Shown: positions 28,255 to 38,629, counted from the stretch's first letter. The stretch: 57,887 nucleotides of DNA from Rhodoferax sp. (GCA_031397915.1 JANNMM010000069.1:1-57887); one strand, 5' to 3'. The notes: generated by a model not told the origin, from the sequence alone. Numbers and translations are program-made.

Positions 28255-28977
28255 ATGCTCGACATTTCAAAAATCAAGGCCGTCACGCTTGACCTGGACG
28301 ACACCCTGTGGCCGATATGGCCCGTGATCGAGCGCGCTGAAGAAGCCCTTGCCGCCTGGTTGCGCACCCATGCGCCCGCCACAGCGCAGGTCTTCGCCGA
28401 TGCGCCAGAGCGCCTGCGCATACGCGAACACGTGGTCGCCTCACGGCCTGACCTGGGCCACAACATGAGCGCACTGCGCCTGGAGGTGATTCGCAACGCG
28501 TTGGCGCGTTGTGGTGAGGATCTTTCGTTGGCGCCGGCCGCGTTCGACGTGTTTTTTGACGCGCGCATGAAGGTCGATCTGTATGACGACGCCTTGCCGG
28601 CGCTGGAATTCCTCGCCGCGCGGTTTCCGCTGGTGGCCCTCTCTAACGGCAACGCCGACGTGCACCGGGTGGGCATTGGCCACTTTTTTCACGGCAGCGT
28701 CAGCGCCCATGAATTTGGCGTGGGCAAACCCGATCCGCGCATTTTTCATGCGGCGGCGCAGTCGGCAGGTTTTGTAGCGGGTGAGGTGCTGCACATTGGG
28801 GACGACCTTGCGCTCGATGTGCACGGTGCCTCGGCCGTGGGCATGCAGACCGTCTGGGTGAATCGCAAACAGGAAGCCTGGCCCCATGCCGCGCAGCCAG
28901 ACCGGCCACACCCGGGCCATCCGCAACTCACGGTGTCGACGTTGGACCAGGTGGTTGAGGCGTTGCGGCGGGCGTAG
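28255..28977 (+). CDS. HAD-superfamily hydrolase (subfamily IA-like)
   Basis: DxDxT motif (VTLDLDDTLWP), SNGN, GDD near the C-terminus; internal ATG 28255 chosen. Confidence 0.8.
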   Translation: MLDISKIKAVTLDLDDTLWPIWPVIERAEEALAAWLRTHAPATAQVFADAPERLRIREHVVASRPDLGHNMSALRLEVIRNALARCGEDLSLAPAAFDVFFDARMKVDLYDDALPALEFLAARFPLVALSNGNADVHRVGIGHFFHGSVSAHEFGVGKPDPRIFHAAAQSAGFVAGEVLHIGDDLALDVHGASAVGMQTVWVNRKQEAWPHAAQPDRPHPGHPQLTVSTLDQVVEALRRA

Positions 28978-29225
28978 GTCCGCATAAGAAGGTGGATGCC
29001 GGTGAAAAAGGCGCGGCGCAGGGTGTAACCGCGGTCCGAAAACGCCAGCGCAAACTTGGTCCCGCTGAATTCCTGCTCAATCGAGTCAAGCCGCAGGAAG
29101 GTCTCTTTGATTTCGTCAGCGGCGACGGGCTGAAGTGTGCAGCGCGAACCAGATCACCACACCCAACACCGCGGTGACAACCAGTCACAGCGGAACGCTG
29201 CGGTCTTTGCCAGGAACAGCAAGTG

Positions 29226-30536
29226 TCATGATGCCCTTGAGTATTTCCGCGATGGGGCCAGTGCGTTGACCACCGCAACTGCGCTTCGCACCGCGCCCTC
29301 CAGGGTGGCGGGGTAGGGGCCTTCGCAGTAGTCGCCGCATGCCATCAGGCCCGGCGCAATTTGCAGGCTCGGCCGCCGCAGCCCTGGGGTGCAGGCAAAT
29401 GTGGCGCGTTTTTCCACAATCGTCTGGATCGGCCGGACCTGCAGGTTCAGTTGCAACCGGGCCTGGTCCACCACCGCGGCTTCGAGCGCGTCCCGCTCGC
29501 CGCTGCTGGCACTGACCACAAAGGCCAGCAGACCGGTGGGGCCACCCAATTGGCCCCGGTCAAACACGAACTGCGCGGGTTGGCCACGCAGCGTCAACAT
29601 GGGCTGGCTCAGGCGGGCGTTGGCAGCGAAGGTGTACACGGTGGTGATCGCTTCAAACTGCAAGGCCCTGGCGGTGTCAGACCAATCCCGAAGGGCCTGG
29701 GCCATGGATGGTTCGGCAAATCCTGCGGATGCGTCAACCAGGGCAACTGCGTTCGACGCCGAGGTGGCGAGAACCACATGGTCGAACGCTTCGCCGTTGA
29801 CGAGCCAGCCGTCGTGGCGGGGCGCAGGTGTCAAATTTTCAATGCGACTGGCCATTTTTACTGTGGCACCCTGTCTGGCCAACCACTTGGCTGCAGGCTC
29901 TGGAAAAAGTGCCGTCAAATCCACTTTGGGAAGCAGCAGGTTCGAGCCGCCCGTGGCACCGAACAGCGCGTCGCGCATGACCCGCAGGAACACCTGGCCG
30001 CTGGCGCGGTCGGCCGGCGTGTTCAAGGCCGACACACACAGGGGTTCGATCAGTTCGGCCATGATGCGTGGGCGAAGTGATGTGCACAGCTGGGCAACAG
30101 TGGTGCCCTCTGCGCAGGCGAAGCCCTGCAGTTGCCACCGGACAGCCGCTGCCAGCAGTGAAAGTTTGTCCAAAACGCGCCAGCCACGGGCACTGCAAAT
30201 TCCGCCCAGGGCGTCCAGTGGCGACGGCCAATCGGGAAACCCAATGCCGCGGCCATCGGCAAACCGCAAGGCCAGGGGGAGGCGAAGCAAACCGGCCGCT
30301 GTATCGGCGCCCACCAGCGCCATCATTCGAAGGGTTTCAGAATAGGCGCCAATGAGGATGTGCTGGCCGTTGTCCAGCGTCACTGGGGTGTTGTCGGGCA
30401 ATGTTGCAAAGATCGCCCTGGCCCTGCCGCCGAGGGTTCGGGACGCTTCAAATACAGTCGCCATGTGACCGGCCCGGGTGACCTGCACGGCGGCGGCCAG
30501 ACCGGCCCAGCCTGCCCCAATGACGGCGACCCGCAT
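29226..30536 (-). CDS. hpnE: Hydroxysqualene dehydroxylase (FAD-dependent, amine-oxidase-like)
   Basis: MRVAVIGAGWAGLAAA Rossmann start at 30536; immediately downstream of two squalene-synthase-family genes. Confidence 0.82.
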   Translation of the reverse strand: MRVAVIGAGWAGLAAAVQVTRAGHMATVFEASRTLGGRARAIFATLPDNTPVTLDNGQHILIGAYSETLRMMALVGADTAAGLLRLPLALRFADGRGIGFPDWPSPLDALGGICSARGWRVLDKLSLLAAAVRWQLQGFACAEGTTVAQLCTSLRPRIMAELIEPLCVSALNTPADRASGQVFLRVMRDALFGATGGSNLLLPKVDLTALFPEPAAKWLARQGATVKMASRIENLTPAPRHDGWLVNGEAFDHVVLATSASNAVALVDASAGFAEPSMAQALRDWSDTARALQFEAITTVYTFAANARLSQPMLTLRGQPAQFVFDRGQLGGPTGLLAFVVSASSGERDALEAAVVDQARLQLNLQVRPIQTIVEKRATFACTPGLRRPSLQIAPGLMACGDYCEGPYPATLEGAVRSAVAVVNALAPSRKYSRAS

Positions 30537-30537
30537 C

Positions 30538-31377
30538 TCAGGTTTTGCCCAGTGCCTGGACGCGCCAGGCAAGCCACAGTTTTCGCAGGGGCGTGAGGCT
30601 TACGCGCTGGTGCATCACCTGGAAATTGTCTCGCTCGATCTCGCGCAGCAGCGTGCGGTAGATGCTGGCCATCATCAGTCCGGGTTTCTGGGCGCGCCGG
30701 TCCACCTCGGGCAGCAGGGCAAACGCCTCGTCATAAAGCCGGTGGGCGCGCGCCGCCTGGAATTTCATCAAACCGGTGAATCGCTCCGAATAACTGCGCT
30801 TCAGAATTTCGTGTGCTTTCACGTCAAATTGCTGCAACTCGTTGACCGGCAGGTAAATGCGCCCGCGCATGGCGTCTTCCCCGACATCGCGGATGATGTT
30901 GGTCAGCTGCAAGGCTTGCCCCAGGGTGTGGGCGTATTGGGTGGTTTGTGCCTGCGTCTGCCCGAAAATGCCAGCGGCGACTTCGCCGACAACACCGGCC
31001 ACGAGGTGGCAATAGCGCTGCAAATTGGGGTAGTCGAGGTAGCGGGTTTGCTCCAGATCCATCTGGCAGCCTTCGATCACCGCCAGCAGGTGGCCGGCTT
31101 TGATGTTGAAGCGGGCTGTCATGGGCATCAGCGCCTTCATCACCGGATGGCTGGGCTGGCCAGAGAACGATTTGGCAACCTCGGACTGCCACCACGCGAG
31201 TTTGGTGCGGGCAACACCCGTGTCGGCGGTTTCGTCCACCACGTCGTCCACTTCCCGGCAAAAGGCGTAGAAGGCGGTAATGGCGGCTCGCCGTGGCTTG
31301 GGCAAAAACAGGAATGCGTAGTAGAAACTGCTCCCTGACGCGGCTGCTTTCTCCTGAACGTATTGCTCTGGTGTCAT
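30538..31377 (-). CDS. hpnD: Presqualene diphosphate synthase (squalene/phytoene synthase family)
   Basis: Internal ATG 31377 (MTPEQYVQEK...); Asp-rich motifs FCREVDDVVDE and IIRDVGEDAMRGRIYLP. The 105-aa N-terminal extension in the ORF track is not used. Confidence 0.82.
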   Translation of the reverse strand: MTPEQYVQEKAAASGSSFYYAFLFLPKPRRAAITAFYAFCREVDDVVDETADTGVARTKLAWWQSEVAKSFSGQPSHPVMKALMPMTARFNIKAGHLLAVIEGCQMDLEQTRYLDYPNLQRYCHLVAGVVGEVAAGIFGQTQAQTTQYAHTLGQALQLTNIIRDVGEDAMRGRIYLPVNELQQFDVKAHEILKRSYSERFTGLMKFQAARAHRLYDEAFALLPEVDRRAQKPGLMMASIYRTLLREIERDNFQVMHQRVSLTPLRKLWLAWRVQALGKT

Positions 31378-31400
31378 GGCCGGATTGTCACATCCCGCCG

Positions 31401-32291
31401 TCACATGCAGGCCGCGCGCCAAAGGAGGATGGGCGCATCCCAGGCGACAATTTTGGGTCTTGCCGTGAGGGTGGCAAAGTTCATTTGCTCGATTTTTTCG
31501 ATGATGCGCAAACCGCCTTGCACCACCAGGCGCAACTCCCAGCCGGCCCGCCCGGGAATGCGTTTGACCAGGGGCGCGCCACTTTGCATGAAGGCCTTCG
31601 CTCGTTGGACCTGATCGCGGATCAATGCCAATATGGAGTCGGTGTGGTGGCCTGCCAGCAGTTGCGCCTGCGCAACTTGGAAAGTGTCGCACGCTTCCTG
31701 AGGAAGGTAAAAGCGACCACGCGGCAGATCACGGCTCAAATCCTGCCAGAAGTTGATCAATTGAAGCGCCGTGCAAATGTTGTCACTCAGGCGCAAGGAG
31801 GTGTCGTCCGACACGTTGTAGAGGTGAAGCAGCAACCGCCCAACCGGGTTTGCCGAGCGGCGGCAGTAGTCCAGCAGCTCGACCTGGGTGTGGTAGCCCG
31901 CTTGATCGCGGGTTTTCGCGACGTCCTGTGCAAATGCCTCCAGCAGGTCGCTCAGGAGGTTGACGGGCAGTTTGAAATGAGTCAGGACCGGTGCCATCGC
32001 GTCGAACACACCGGGCCAGCGGCCGCTGTGCGGTTTTCCGTCCTCCAGACAAAGCAAGTCCGATTTCATCGCCGCCAGGTCTTCCAGCCTTTGTTGTGCC
32101 GAAGCGTCACCTTCATCGGCAATGTCGTCGGCCGTGCGGGCGAACGCATAGATGGCAGCGATCGGGGCACGCAAGTGGGGCGGGCTCAGCCACGAGGCAA
32201 CCGGAAAATTTTCATAATGCTTGGCAATGGCCGTACCATGGGGCGGCGGGCTTGCAGGGTTTGACAGAGGGGAAGTTGGGATTTGCGGCAT
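31401..32291 (-). CDS. hpnC: Hydroxysqualene synthase (squalene/phytoene synthase family)
   Basis: 296 aa; ARTADDIADEG and FWQDLSRDLPRGRFYLP motifs; paralogue of the adjacent gene. Confidence 0.82.
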   Translation of the reverse strand: MPQIPTSPLSNPASPPPHGTAIAKHYENFPVASWLSPPHLRAPIAAIYAFARTADDIADEGDASAQQRLEDLAAMKSDLLCLEDGKPHSGRWPGVFDAMAPVLTHFKLPVNLLSDLLEAFAQDVAKTRDQAGYHTQVELLDYCRRSANPVGRLLLHLYNVSDDTSLRLSDNICTALQLINFWQDLSRDLPRGRFYLPQEACDTFQVAQAQLLAGHHTDSILALIRDQVQRAKAFMQSGAPLVKRIPGRAGWELRLVVQGGLRIIEKIEQMNFATLTARPKIVAWDAPILLWRAACM

Positions 32292-32615
32292 GATCCGGGC
32301 AAATGTGCGGGCCTGTGTTTGTGTTTAAGTTCGCGTTTAGGGTCGATATTGAACAGGCTGACCGGTGACGGGGCTGCAGCAGTAGGGTCGACCCAAAGTG
32401 GATTGCGCATCTCTTTTGGGTTGCCTATTTGAGGCTTAGGTGTAGCTTAAGTGCGCTGTCAAGCTTGCCCCGATGCTATAAATCTTGACAACTCGGTGCC
32501 TTGGAGTCCTAAAATTGTCATTCCGGCCAATGGTAGTGATTCGGTACAAGCGGGGTACATGATGCTATTGGACAAAGGATTTCGCCCATTAAAGGGCCAT
32601 TATTACGGGTCAGCC

Positions 32616-33815
32616 ATGTCATTTCAGCGATTTACCCCACGAGCCAGGTCCATGTTCACACTGACTGGGTTCGCGCCCGCCAAGGTTGCAACTGCCGGTG
32701 TTGCCGTTGCCTTATTGGTGGCTTGTTCCAAACCGGCGCCGGTGCAGGAGCCGGTGCGGGCGGTCAAGGTGGTGACGGTCAGCAGTGCCAAGCTGGAGTC
32801 AGGGGCGGAGTTTTCCGGCGAAGTGCGCGCCCGGATCGAATCGCGTTTCGGGTTTCGCGTGGCCGGAAAGCTGATGCAGCGTGCGGTGGAGCCTGGTCAG
32901 CGCGTGAAATCGGGACAGTTGTTGGCGCAGCTCGATTCGCGGGACTACCTGCTGGCTGCTGACGCTGCCAAAGCGCAGGTCACTGCCGCAGCTACAAACC
33001 GGAACCTGTCAGTGGCTGAATACAAGCGTTTCAGTGAGCTCAAAGACCAGAATTTCATCAGCGGCGCCGAGCTGGACAGGCGGGACGCGGCCGTCAAGGG
33101 CGCCGAGGCCCAGTTGGAGCAGGCCCAGGCGCAGTTGTCATCGCAGCGCAACCAGACCGGCTATACCAAACTGACATCCGACGTCTCCGGCGTGGTGTTG
33201 GGCGTTGAGGCGGAGGCTGGGCAGGTTGTGGCGGCGGGTCAGCCGATTGTGCGAATTGCCAAGGACGGTCCACGTGATGTGGTTTTCTCCGTCCCGGAGG
33301 ACAAGGTGGCACTGGTCACCATGGGTTCGCCGGTAGAGGTTCGCACCTGGTCCGGTTCGGGCGCCATGAAGGGCGTTGTCAGGGAAATTGCAGCCAGTGC
33401 CGACCCGGTCACACGGACATTCCAGATCAAGGTGTCAATGGACGGCAAGAATGCGGCAGAAGGCCTCGCGCTCGGCTCTACCGTCAATGTGACGCCGCAA
33501 GCCCTGTCGCTGGCGGGCATCGAGGTCATCAAGCTGCCTACCAGCGCCCTCAAGCGCGACGGCAAATCCACAGCGGTATGGGTGGTGGATCGCGCCACCA
33601 TGACCGTCAAATCACAAAATGTGGAAGTCGTGTCGGCAGAAGGCAATGATGTAGTGGTTTCAAGCGGTGTAGTGCCCGGCATGCTGGTCGTTGCCGCGGG
33701 CGTGCATGTGCTGCAGGCGGGGCAGAAAGTGGCCCTGTACAAAGACAAGGCGGCAGTCGGGCCCGAAGCACGGCCGGTGGCTGCGTCCAATCCTGTGGCA
33801 CCCGCTTCGAAATGA
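32616..33815 (+). CDS. RND efflux periplasmic adaptor (MFP/HlyD family)
   Basis: Lipoprotein-like signal (VAVALLVACS), coiled-coil centre, beta-barrel C-terminus; start uncertain (ATG 32616 or 32652). Confidence 0.85.
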   Translation: MSFQRFTPRARSMFTLTGFAPAKVATAGVAVALLVACSKPAPVQEPVRAVKVVTVSSAKLESGAEFSGEVRARIESRFGFRVAGKLMQRAVEPGQRVKSGQLLAQLDSRDYLLAADAAKAQVTAAATNRNLSVAEYKRFSELKDQNFISGAELDRRDAAVKGAEAQLEQAQAQLSSQRNQTGYTKLTSDVSGVVLGVEAEAGQVVAAGQPIVRIAKDGPRDVVFSVPEDKVALVTMGSPVEVRTWSGSGAMKGVVREIAASADPVTRTFQIKVSMDGKNAAEGLALGSTVNVTPQALSLAGIEVIKLPTSALKRDGKSTAVWVVDRATMTVKSQNVEVVSAEGNDVVVSSGVVPGMLVVAAGVHVLQAGQKVALYKDKAAVGPEARPVAASNPVAPASK

Positions 33816-33822
33816 GGATGTG

Positions 33823-36800
33823 ATGGCCATTTCCCGATCACCTGACCATTTCAACCTCTCCAAATGGGCGCTGGAGCATCCCGCGCTGACGCGTTACCTG
33901 CTTGTCGTGCTGATGTTGTTGGGGTTTGTCGCCTATTTCCAGTTGGGCCAGGACGAAGACCCGCCGTTTACATTTCGCGCCATGGTGGTGCGGACCTATT
34001 GGCCGGGCGCAACCGCGCAACAGGTTGCCGAGCAGATCACCAACAAGCTCGAGCACGCGCTTCAGGAGGTTCCCAAGGTCGACAAAATCCGAAGTTATTC
34101 AAAGCCCGGCGAATCCCAGATCATTTTCCAGCTCAAGGACGACTTCAAGGCTTCGGAAGTTGCCAACATCTGGTACCTGGTGCGCAAGAAGGTCGGTGAC
34201 ATTCAGGGCACCTTGCCGTCCGGTATTTTTGGACCGTTTTTCAATGACGATTTTGGCGACGTTTACGGTGTGATCTACGCGCTGGAATCTGATGGTTTCA
34301 ACCCTGCGGAGATGAAATCTTTCGCCGAAGATGTGCGCCAGCAGCTGTTGCGTGTGAAAGACGTGAGCAAAGTCGAGCTGATGGGCGCGCAGGACGAAAA
34401 GGTGTACATCGAGATTTCCCAGAAACGCCTGGCCCAGTTGGGACTTGACATGGGCCAGGTGCTGAACCAATTGGGACAGCAAAACGCTGTCGAATCAGCG
34501 GGAGCCATGCAGTCGCCCGTCGACACCATTGCGGTGCGGGTTGCCGGGCAATTTGAAACGACTGCGCAATTGGGCGCCATGCCGATTCGCGGTGCCAACG
34601 GCAACCAATTGCGACTGGGCGACATCGCCAAGATTACACGCGGCTATGCGGACCCACCGCTGACCAAGGTTCGCCACCAGGGCAAGGAAGTGATCGCGCT
34701 TGGCGTTTCGATGGCGCGGGGAGGGGACATCATCAGCCTGGGCAAATCACTGACAACCGCAACGGCGGGCATCCAGGCGGCATTGCCACTGGGCGTGACT
34801 CTGGTGCAGGTGCAAGACCAACCGGTTGCAGTCTCCAAGTCGGTCAATGAATTCATTGCGGTGCTGATTGAGGCGGTGGCCATTGTGCTGGTGGTGAGTT
34901 TTGTGGCGCTCGGGTTTCACGTACGCAAGAACGAGCAAAAATTCTTCAGGCGGTATTACATCGACATGCGGCCAGGGCTGGTGGTGGGCATCACCATTCC
35001 GCTGGTGCTGGCAGTCACTTTCCTGGCCATGTGGTACTGGGACATCGGCCTGCACAAAATCTCCCTGGGCTCCCTGATCATTGCGCTGGGCCTGCTGGTG
35101 GACGACGCCATCATCGCCGTCGAGATGATGGTGCGCAAAATGGAGGAGGGTTTCGACAAGGTGCGCGCGGCAACCTTCGCCTACGATGCAACGGCCATGC
35201 CCATGCTCACCGGCACCCTGATCACCGCTGCCGGGTTCCTGCCGATTGGTATCGCCAAGTCCGTCACGGGTGAATACACCTTTGCCATTTTTGCCGTAAC
35301 GGTGATCGCACTGGTTTTGAGTTGGTTTGTATCGGTCTACTTTGTGCCCTACCTCGGAACGTTGTTGCTCAAGCCACCGGCCCATTTAGGCAGCCAGATA
35401 CCACTGGAGCATGTTCCGGGAACCCTCAACCTGCCCCAGGATGCTTTTGAGAAGACCCTGCGCACGTCCACCAGTGCTTTGGCACCCAAGGCACTGCAGG
35501 CGCAACTGGCACACGAAAGTTTTGACGGCGCGTTTTACAACAGCTTTCGCAAGACTGTGGATTGGTGCGTGGAACACCGATGGATCACGATCGGCGCCAC
35601 CTTGTTGACGTTCGCCTTGGGGTTGGTGGGCATGGGAAAAGTGCAGCAGCAGTTTTTCCCGGATTCGAGCCGTCCGGAGTTGTTGGTCGAGCTCTGGTTT
35701 CCGGAAGGCACTTCGTTTGCGGCCAACGAAACACTGGTCAAACGATTCGAGGAGCGGATGATGAATGAAAGCGGGGTGGACAGCGTGACCACCTGGGTCG
35801 GTACGGGCGTCCCGCGTTTTTACCTGCCGCTGGAAACCATCTTCCCCCAATCGAACGTCTCGCAGGTCATCGTGTTGCCCAAAGACCTTGCCGTGCGTGA
35901 ATCATTGCGGATCAGCATGCCGGCCATGTTGGCCGCCGAATTTCCCGAGGTTCGCGGGCGGGTGAAATTGCTGCCGAACGGCCCGCCGGTGGCCTATCCC
36001 GTTCAGTTCCGTGTGAGCGGGCCAAATCCTGCGGTACTGCGCGAAAAGGCCGATGAAGTCCGGGCCGTGATGCTTAAAAACACCAATGCGCGGGGCGTCA
36101 ATGACAACTGGAACGAGTTTGTCAAGGTTCTGCGCCTGGAGGTTGACCAGTCCAAGGCACGTGCCCTCGGCGTGACTAGCCAGTCGATTTCGCAGGCCTC
36201 ACGGACCATTCTGTCGGGCATGACCGTCGGCCAGTTCCGGGAAGATGACAAGCTGATTGAAATCGTGTTGCGTCAGCCGCTTGACGAGCGCGATGCCTTG
36301 ACCGACCTGGGCAATGCCTATCTGCCAACGGCTTCAGGCAAATCCGTTCCGCTGACGCAGATTGCCCGTCCGGTATTTGCCTGGGAGCCAGGCGTGTTGT
36401 GGCGGGACAACCGGGACTACGCCATCACCGTGCAATGTGACATCGTTGAAGGTCTGCAGGCGGCCACGGTCACTGACGAAATGCTGCCAGAACTCAAAGC
36501 CCTCGAGAAAAAGTGGCATGCAGCCGGCGACACCGCCTACTTGATCGCGATTGCGGGCGCCGTGGCCGAGAGCAGCAAAGGATCGGCGTCCATCGCCGCA
36601 GGTGTGCCGATCATGCTGTTCATCACATTCACCCTCCTGATGCTTCAATTGCACAGTTTCAGTCGCGCCATGCTGGTGTTTCTGACGGGGCCCCTGGGTA
36701 TTGCGGGCGTCGCGGCTGCGCTCTTGATTTTTGACCGTCCCTTCGGATTTGTGGCGCTGCTTGGCGTGATCGCGCTGATGGGGATGATTCAGCGCAATTC

Positions 36801-37080
36801 GGTCATTCTGATCGATCAAATCGAACAGGAGCGGGATGTCGGTGTACCGGCGTGGGACGCCATTGTGGAAAGCACGGTTAGGCGCTTGAGGCCCATTGTG
36901 TTGACGGCGGCGGCTGCCGTTCTGGCCATGATCCCGCTGTCCCGCTCCGTCTTTTGGGGGCCGATGGCAATCGCCATCATGGGTGGCCTGGTGGTGGCAA
37001 CCGTGTTGACGCTCCTGGCGCTGCCGGCGATGTACGCCGCCTGGTTCCGGATTCGCCGAACCACGCCCGGAATCGTCTGA
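33823..37080 (+). CDS. RND efflux transporter permease (AcrB family)
   Basis: ~1085 aa from ATG 33823 (MAISRSPDHFNLSKWALEHPALT...); 12-TM architecture with two large periplasmic loops. Confidence 0.9.
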   Translation: MAISRSPDHFNLSKWALEHPALTRYLLVVLMLLGFVAYFQLGQDEDPPFTFRAMVVRTYWPGATAQQVAEQITNKLEHALQEVPKVDKIRSYSKPGESQIIFQLKDDFKASEVANIWYLVRKKVGDIQGTLPSGIFGPFFNDDFGDVYGVIYALESDGFNPAEMKSFAEDVRQQLLRVKDVSKVELMGAQDEKVYIEISQKRLAQLGLDMGQVLNQLGQQNAVESAGAMQSPVDTIAVRVAGQFETTAQLGAMPIRGANGNQLRLGDIAKITRGYADPPLTKVRHQGKEVIALGVSMARGGDIISLGKSLTTATAGIQAALPLGVTLVQVQDQPVAVSKSVNEFIAVLIEAVAIVLVVSFVALGFHVRKNEQKFFRRYYIDMRPGLVVGITIPLVLAVTFLAMWYWDIGLHKISLGSLIIALGLLVDDAIIAVEMMVRKMEEGFDKVRAATFAYDATAMPMLTGTLITAAGFLPIGIAKSVTGEYTFAIFAVTVIALVLSWFVSVYFVPYLGTLLLKPPAHLGSQIPLEHVPGTLNLPQDAFEKTLRTSTSALAPKALQAQLAHESFDGAFYNSFRKTVDWCVEHRWITIGATLLTFALGLVGMGKVQQQFFPDSSRPELLVELWFPEGTSFAANETLVKRFEERMMNESGVDSVTTWVGTGVPRFYLPLETIFPQSNVSQVIVLPKDLAVRESLRISMPAMLAAEFPEVRGRVKLLPNGPPVAYPVQFRVSGPNPAVLREKADEVRAVMLKNTNARGVNDNWNEFVKVLRLEVDQSKARALGVTSQSISQASRTILSGMTVGQFREDDKLIEIVLRQPLDERDALTDLGNAYLPTASGKSVPLTQIARPVFAWEPGVLWRDNRDYAITVQCDIVEGLQAATVTDEMLPELKALEKKWHAAGDTAYLIAIAGAVAESSKGSASIAAGVPIMLFITFTLLMLQLHSFSRAMLVFLTGPLGIAGVAAALLIFDRPFGFVALLGVIALMGMIQRNSVILIDQIEQERDVGVPAWDAIVESTVRRLRPIVLTAAAAVLAMIPLSRSVFWGPMAIAIMGGLVVATVLTLLALPAMYAAWFRIRRTTPGIV

Positions 37081-37163
37081 GCGCCGACGGGCATCTGACG
37101 GGCGACAACCAAGCGCGAAAACCCGGGCCTGCCTCAGGCTAAAATGGCGGGCTGATCAATTTG

Positions 37164-37196
37164 CGGGACGGCTCAGTGGCCGTCCCGGATTTTTTT
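37164..37196 (+). terminator. Rho-independent terminator after the RND gene
   Basis: CGGGACGGC-loop-GCCGTCCCG followed by a T-run at 37190-37196, abutting tRNA-Leu. Confidence 0.7.
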
Positions 37197-37283
37197 GCGC
37201 GGGTGGCGAAATTGGTAGACGCACCAGGTTTAGGTCCTGACGTCCGAAAGGATGTGGGGGTTCGAGTCCCCCCCCGCGCACCA
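37197..37283 (+). tRNA. tRNA-Leu (anticodon TAG)
   Basis: 87 nt; GCGCGGG/CCCGCGC acceptor stem, long variable arm, anticodon loop TTTAGGT, encoded CCA. Confidence 0.9.
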
Positions 37284-37318
37284 GGACATACCCTAGCCCA
37301 CTAATTTGGAGCCCTTCC

Positions 37319-38629
37319 ATGGCCATTACCGTTGAAACCCTTGAAAAACTCGAGCGCAAAATGACGCTGACGCTGCCGGTCGGCGTGATTCAGTCGGAAG
37401 TTGATTCCCGACTGAAACGCTTGGCCCGCACCGTCAAAATGGACGGTTTCCGGCCGGGAAAGGTTCCGATGACGGTTGTGGCGCAGCGTTATGGATACTC
37501 CATCCATTACGAAGTCATGAACGACAAAGTGGGTGAAGCCTTTGCCAACGCCGCCAACGAAGCCAAGTTGCGTGTTGCTGGCCAGCCCAAAATCACCGAA
37601 AACGAAGCCGCTCCTGAAGGCGAAATGGCATTTGATGCCGTGTTTGAGGTTTTCCCGGAAGTCAAGATGGGTGACCTTGCCACGGCGCAGGTTGAGCGGG
37701 TGAACGCTCAGGTGACCGATGCTGCCATCGACAAGACGGTCGAGATCCTGCGCAAGCAGCGCCGTACCTTTGCCCAGCGTTCGCAAGGTGCCGCAGCCAC
37801 AGACGGTGACCGCGTGAATGTTGACTTTGAAGGCAAGATTGACGGCGAACCATTCGAAGGCGGCAAGGCCTCCGATTTTCAGTTCATCGTGGGCGAAGGC
37901 CAGATGCTCAAGGAATTTGAGCAGGCCGTTCAAGGCATGAAATCCGGCGAAAGCAAAACTTTTCAATTGGCGTTTCCGACCGACTACCACGGCAAAGATG
38001 TCGCCGGCAAAACAGCAGACTTCATGGTGACGGTCAAGAAGATTGAAGCTGCGAATCTGCCGGATGTCAACGAAGCATTGGCCAAATCATTGGGAATTGC
38101 CGACGCCACTGTCGACGGTCTGCGCGCGGACATCCGGAAAAACCTGGAGCGCGAGGTGAAGTTCCGCCTTTTGGCCCGCAACAAGCAAGCTGCGATGGAC
38201 GCGGTGATTGCAGTCTCTGAACTTGATTTGCCAAAATCCAGCGTTCAGTCCGAAGTCGACCGCCTGGTCGAGGGCGCGCGCGCCGACTTGAAGCAGCGCG
38301 GGGTCAAAGATGCAGACAAGGCGCCGATCCCCGAAGACCTGTTCCGCCCCCAGGCGGAGCGTCGGGTTCGCCTGGGGCTGGCCGTGGGGGAGCTGGTTCG
38401 CAGCAACAACCTGCAAGCGAAACCAGAACAGATCAAGACTCATATCGATGAGCTCGCAGCCAGCTATGAAAAGCCCGCCGAGGTTGTGCGCTGGTATTAC
38501 GGTGACAACAAACGCATGGCGGAAGTTGAGGCGATTGTTCTGGAAAACAATGTGACAGACTTTGTCCTGGGCAAAGCGAAGGTGACTGACAAAACCATTT
38601 CATTTGACGAACTGATGGGGCAAAACTGA
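37319..38629 (+). CDS. tig: Trigger factor
   Basis: 436 aa; ribosome-binding GFRPGKVP motif, FKBP-type middle domain. Confidence 0.93.
   Translation: MAITVETLEKLERKMTLTLPVGVIQSEVDSRLKRLARTVKMDGFRPGKVPMTVVAQRYGYSIHYEVMNDKVGEAFANAANEAKLRVAGQPKITENEAAPEGEMAFDAVFEVFPEVKMGDLATAQVERVNAQVTDAAIDKTVEILRKQRRTFAQRSQGAAATDGDRVNVDFEGKIDGEPFEGGKASDFQFIVGEGQMLKEFEQAVQGMKSGESKTFQLAFPTDYHGKDVAGKTADFMVTVKKIEAANLPDVNEALAKSLGIADATVDGLRADIRKNLEREVKFRLLARNKQAAMDAVIAVSELDLPKSSVQSEVDRLVEGARADLKQRGVKDADKAPIPEDLFRPQAERRVRLGLAVGELVRSNNLQAKPEQIKTHIDELAASYEKPAEVVRWYYGDNKRMAEVEAIVLENNVTDFVLGKAKVTDKTISFDELMGQN

Noticed and set aside
30538-31692. Long N-terminal extensions in the ORF track (hpnD 384 aa; also 33691, 32451, 26021, 28126, 13820, 22390, 54470, 49477, 51020, 54476 and 30572 starts)
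   Set aside because: The extensions are Arg/Pro-rich, overlap the upstream gene or intergenic DNA, and are absent from typical family members. Internal ATGs with better context were used instead.
33823-37080. RND transporter as the hopanoid exporter HpnN
   Set aside because: It is ~1085 aa and paired with a periplasmic adaptor, which fits a tripartite AcrB-type pump rather than the shorter adaptor-less HpnN type.
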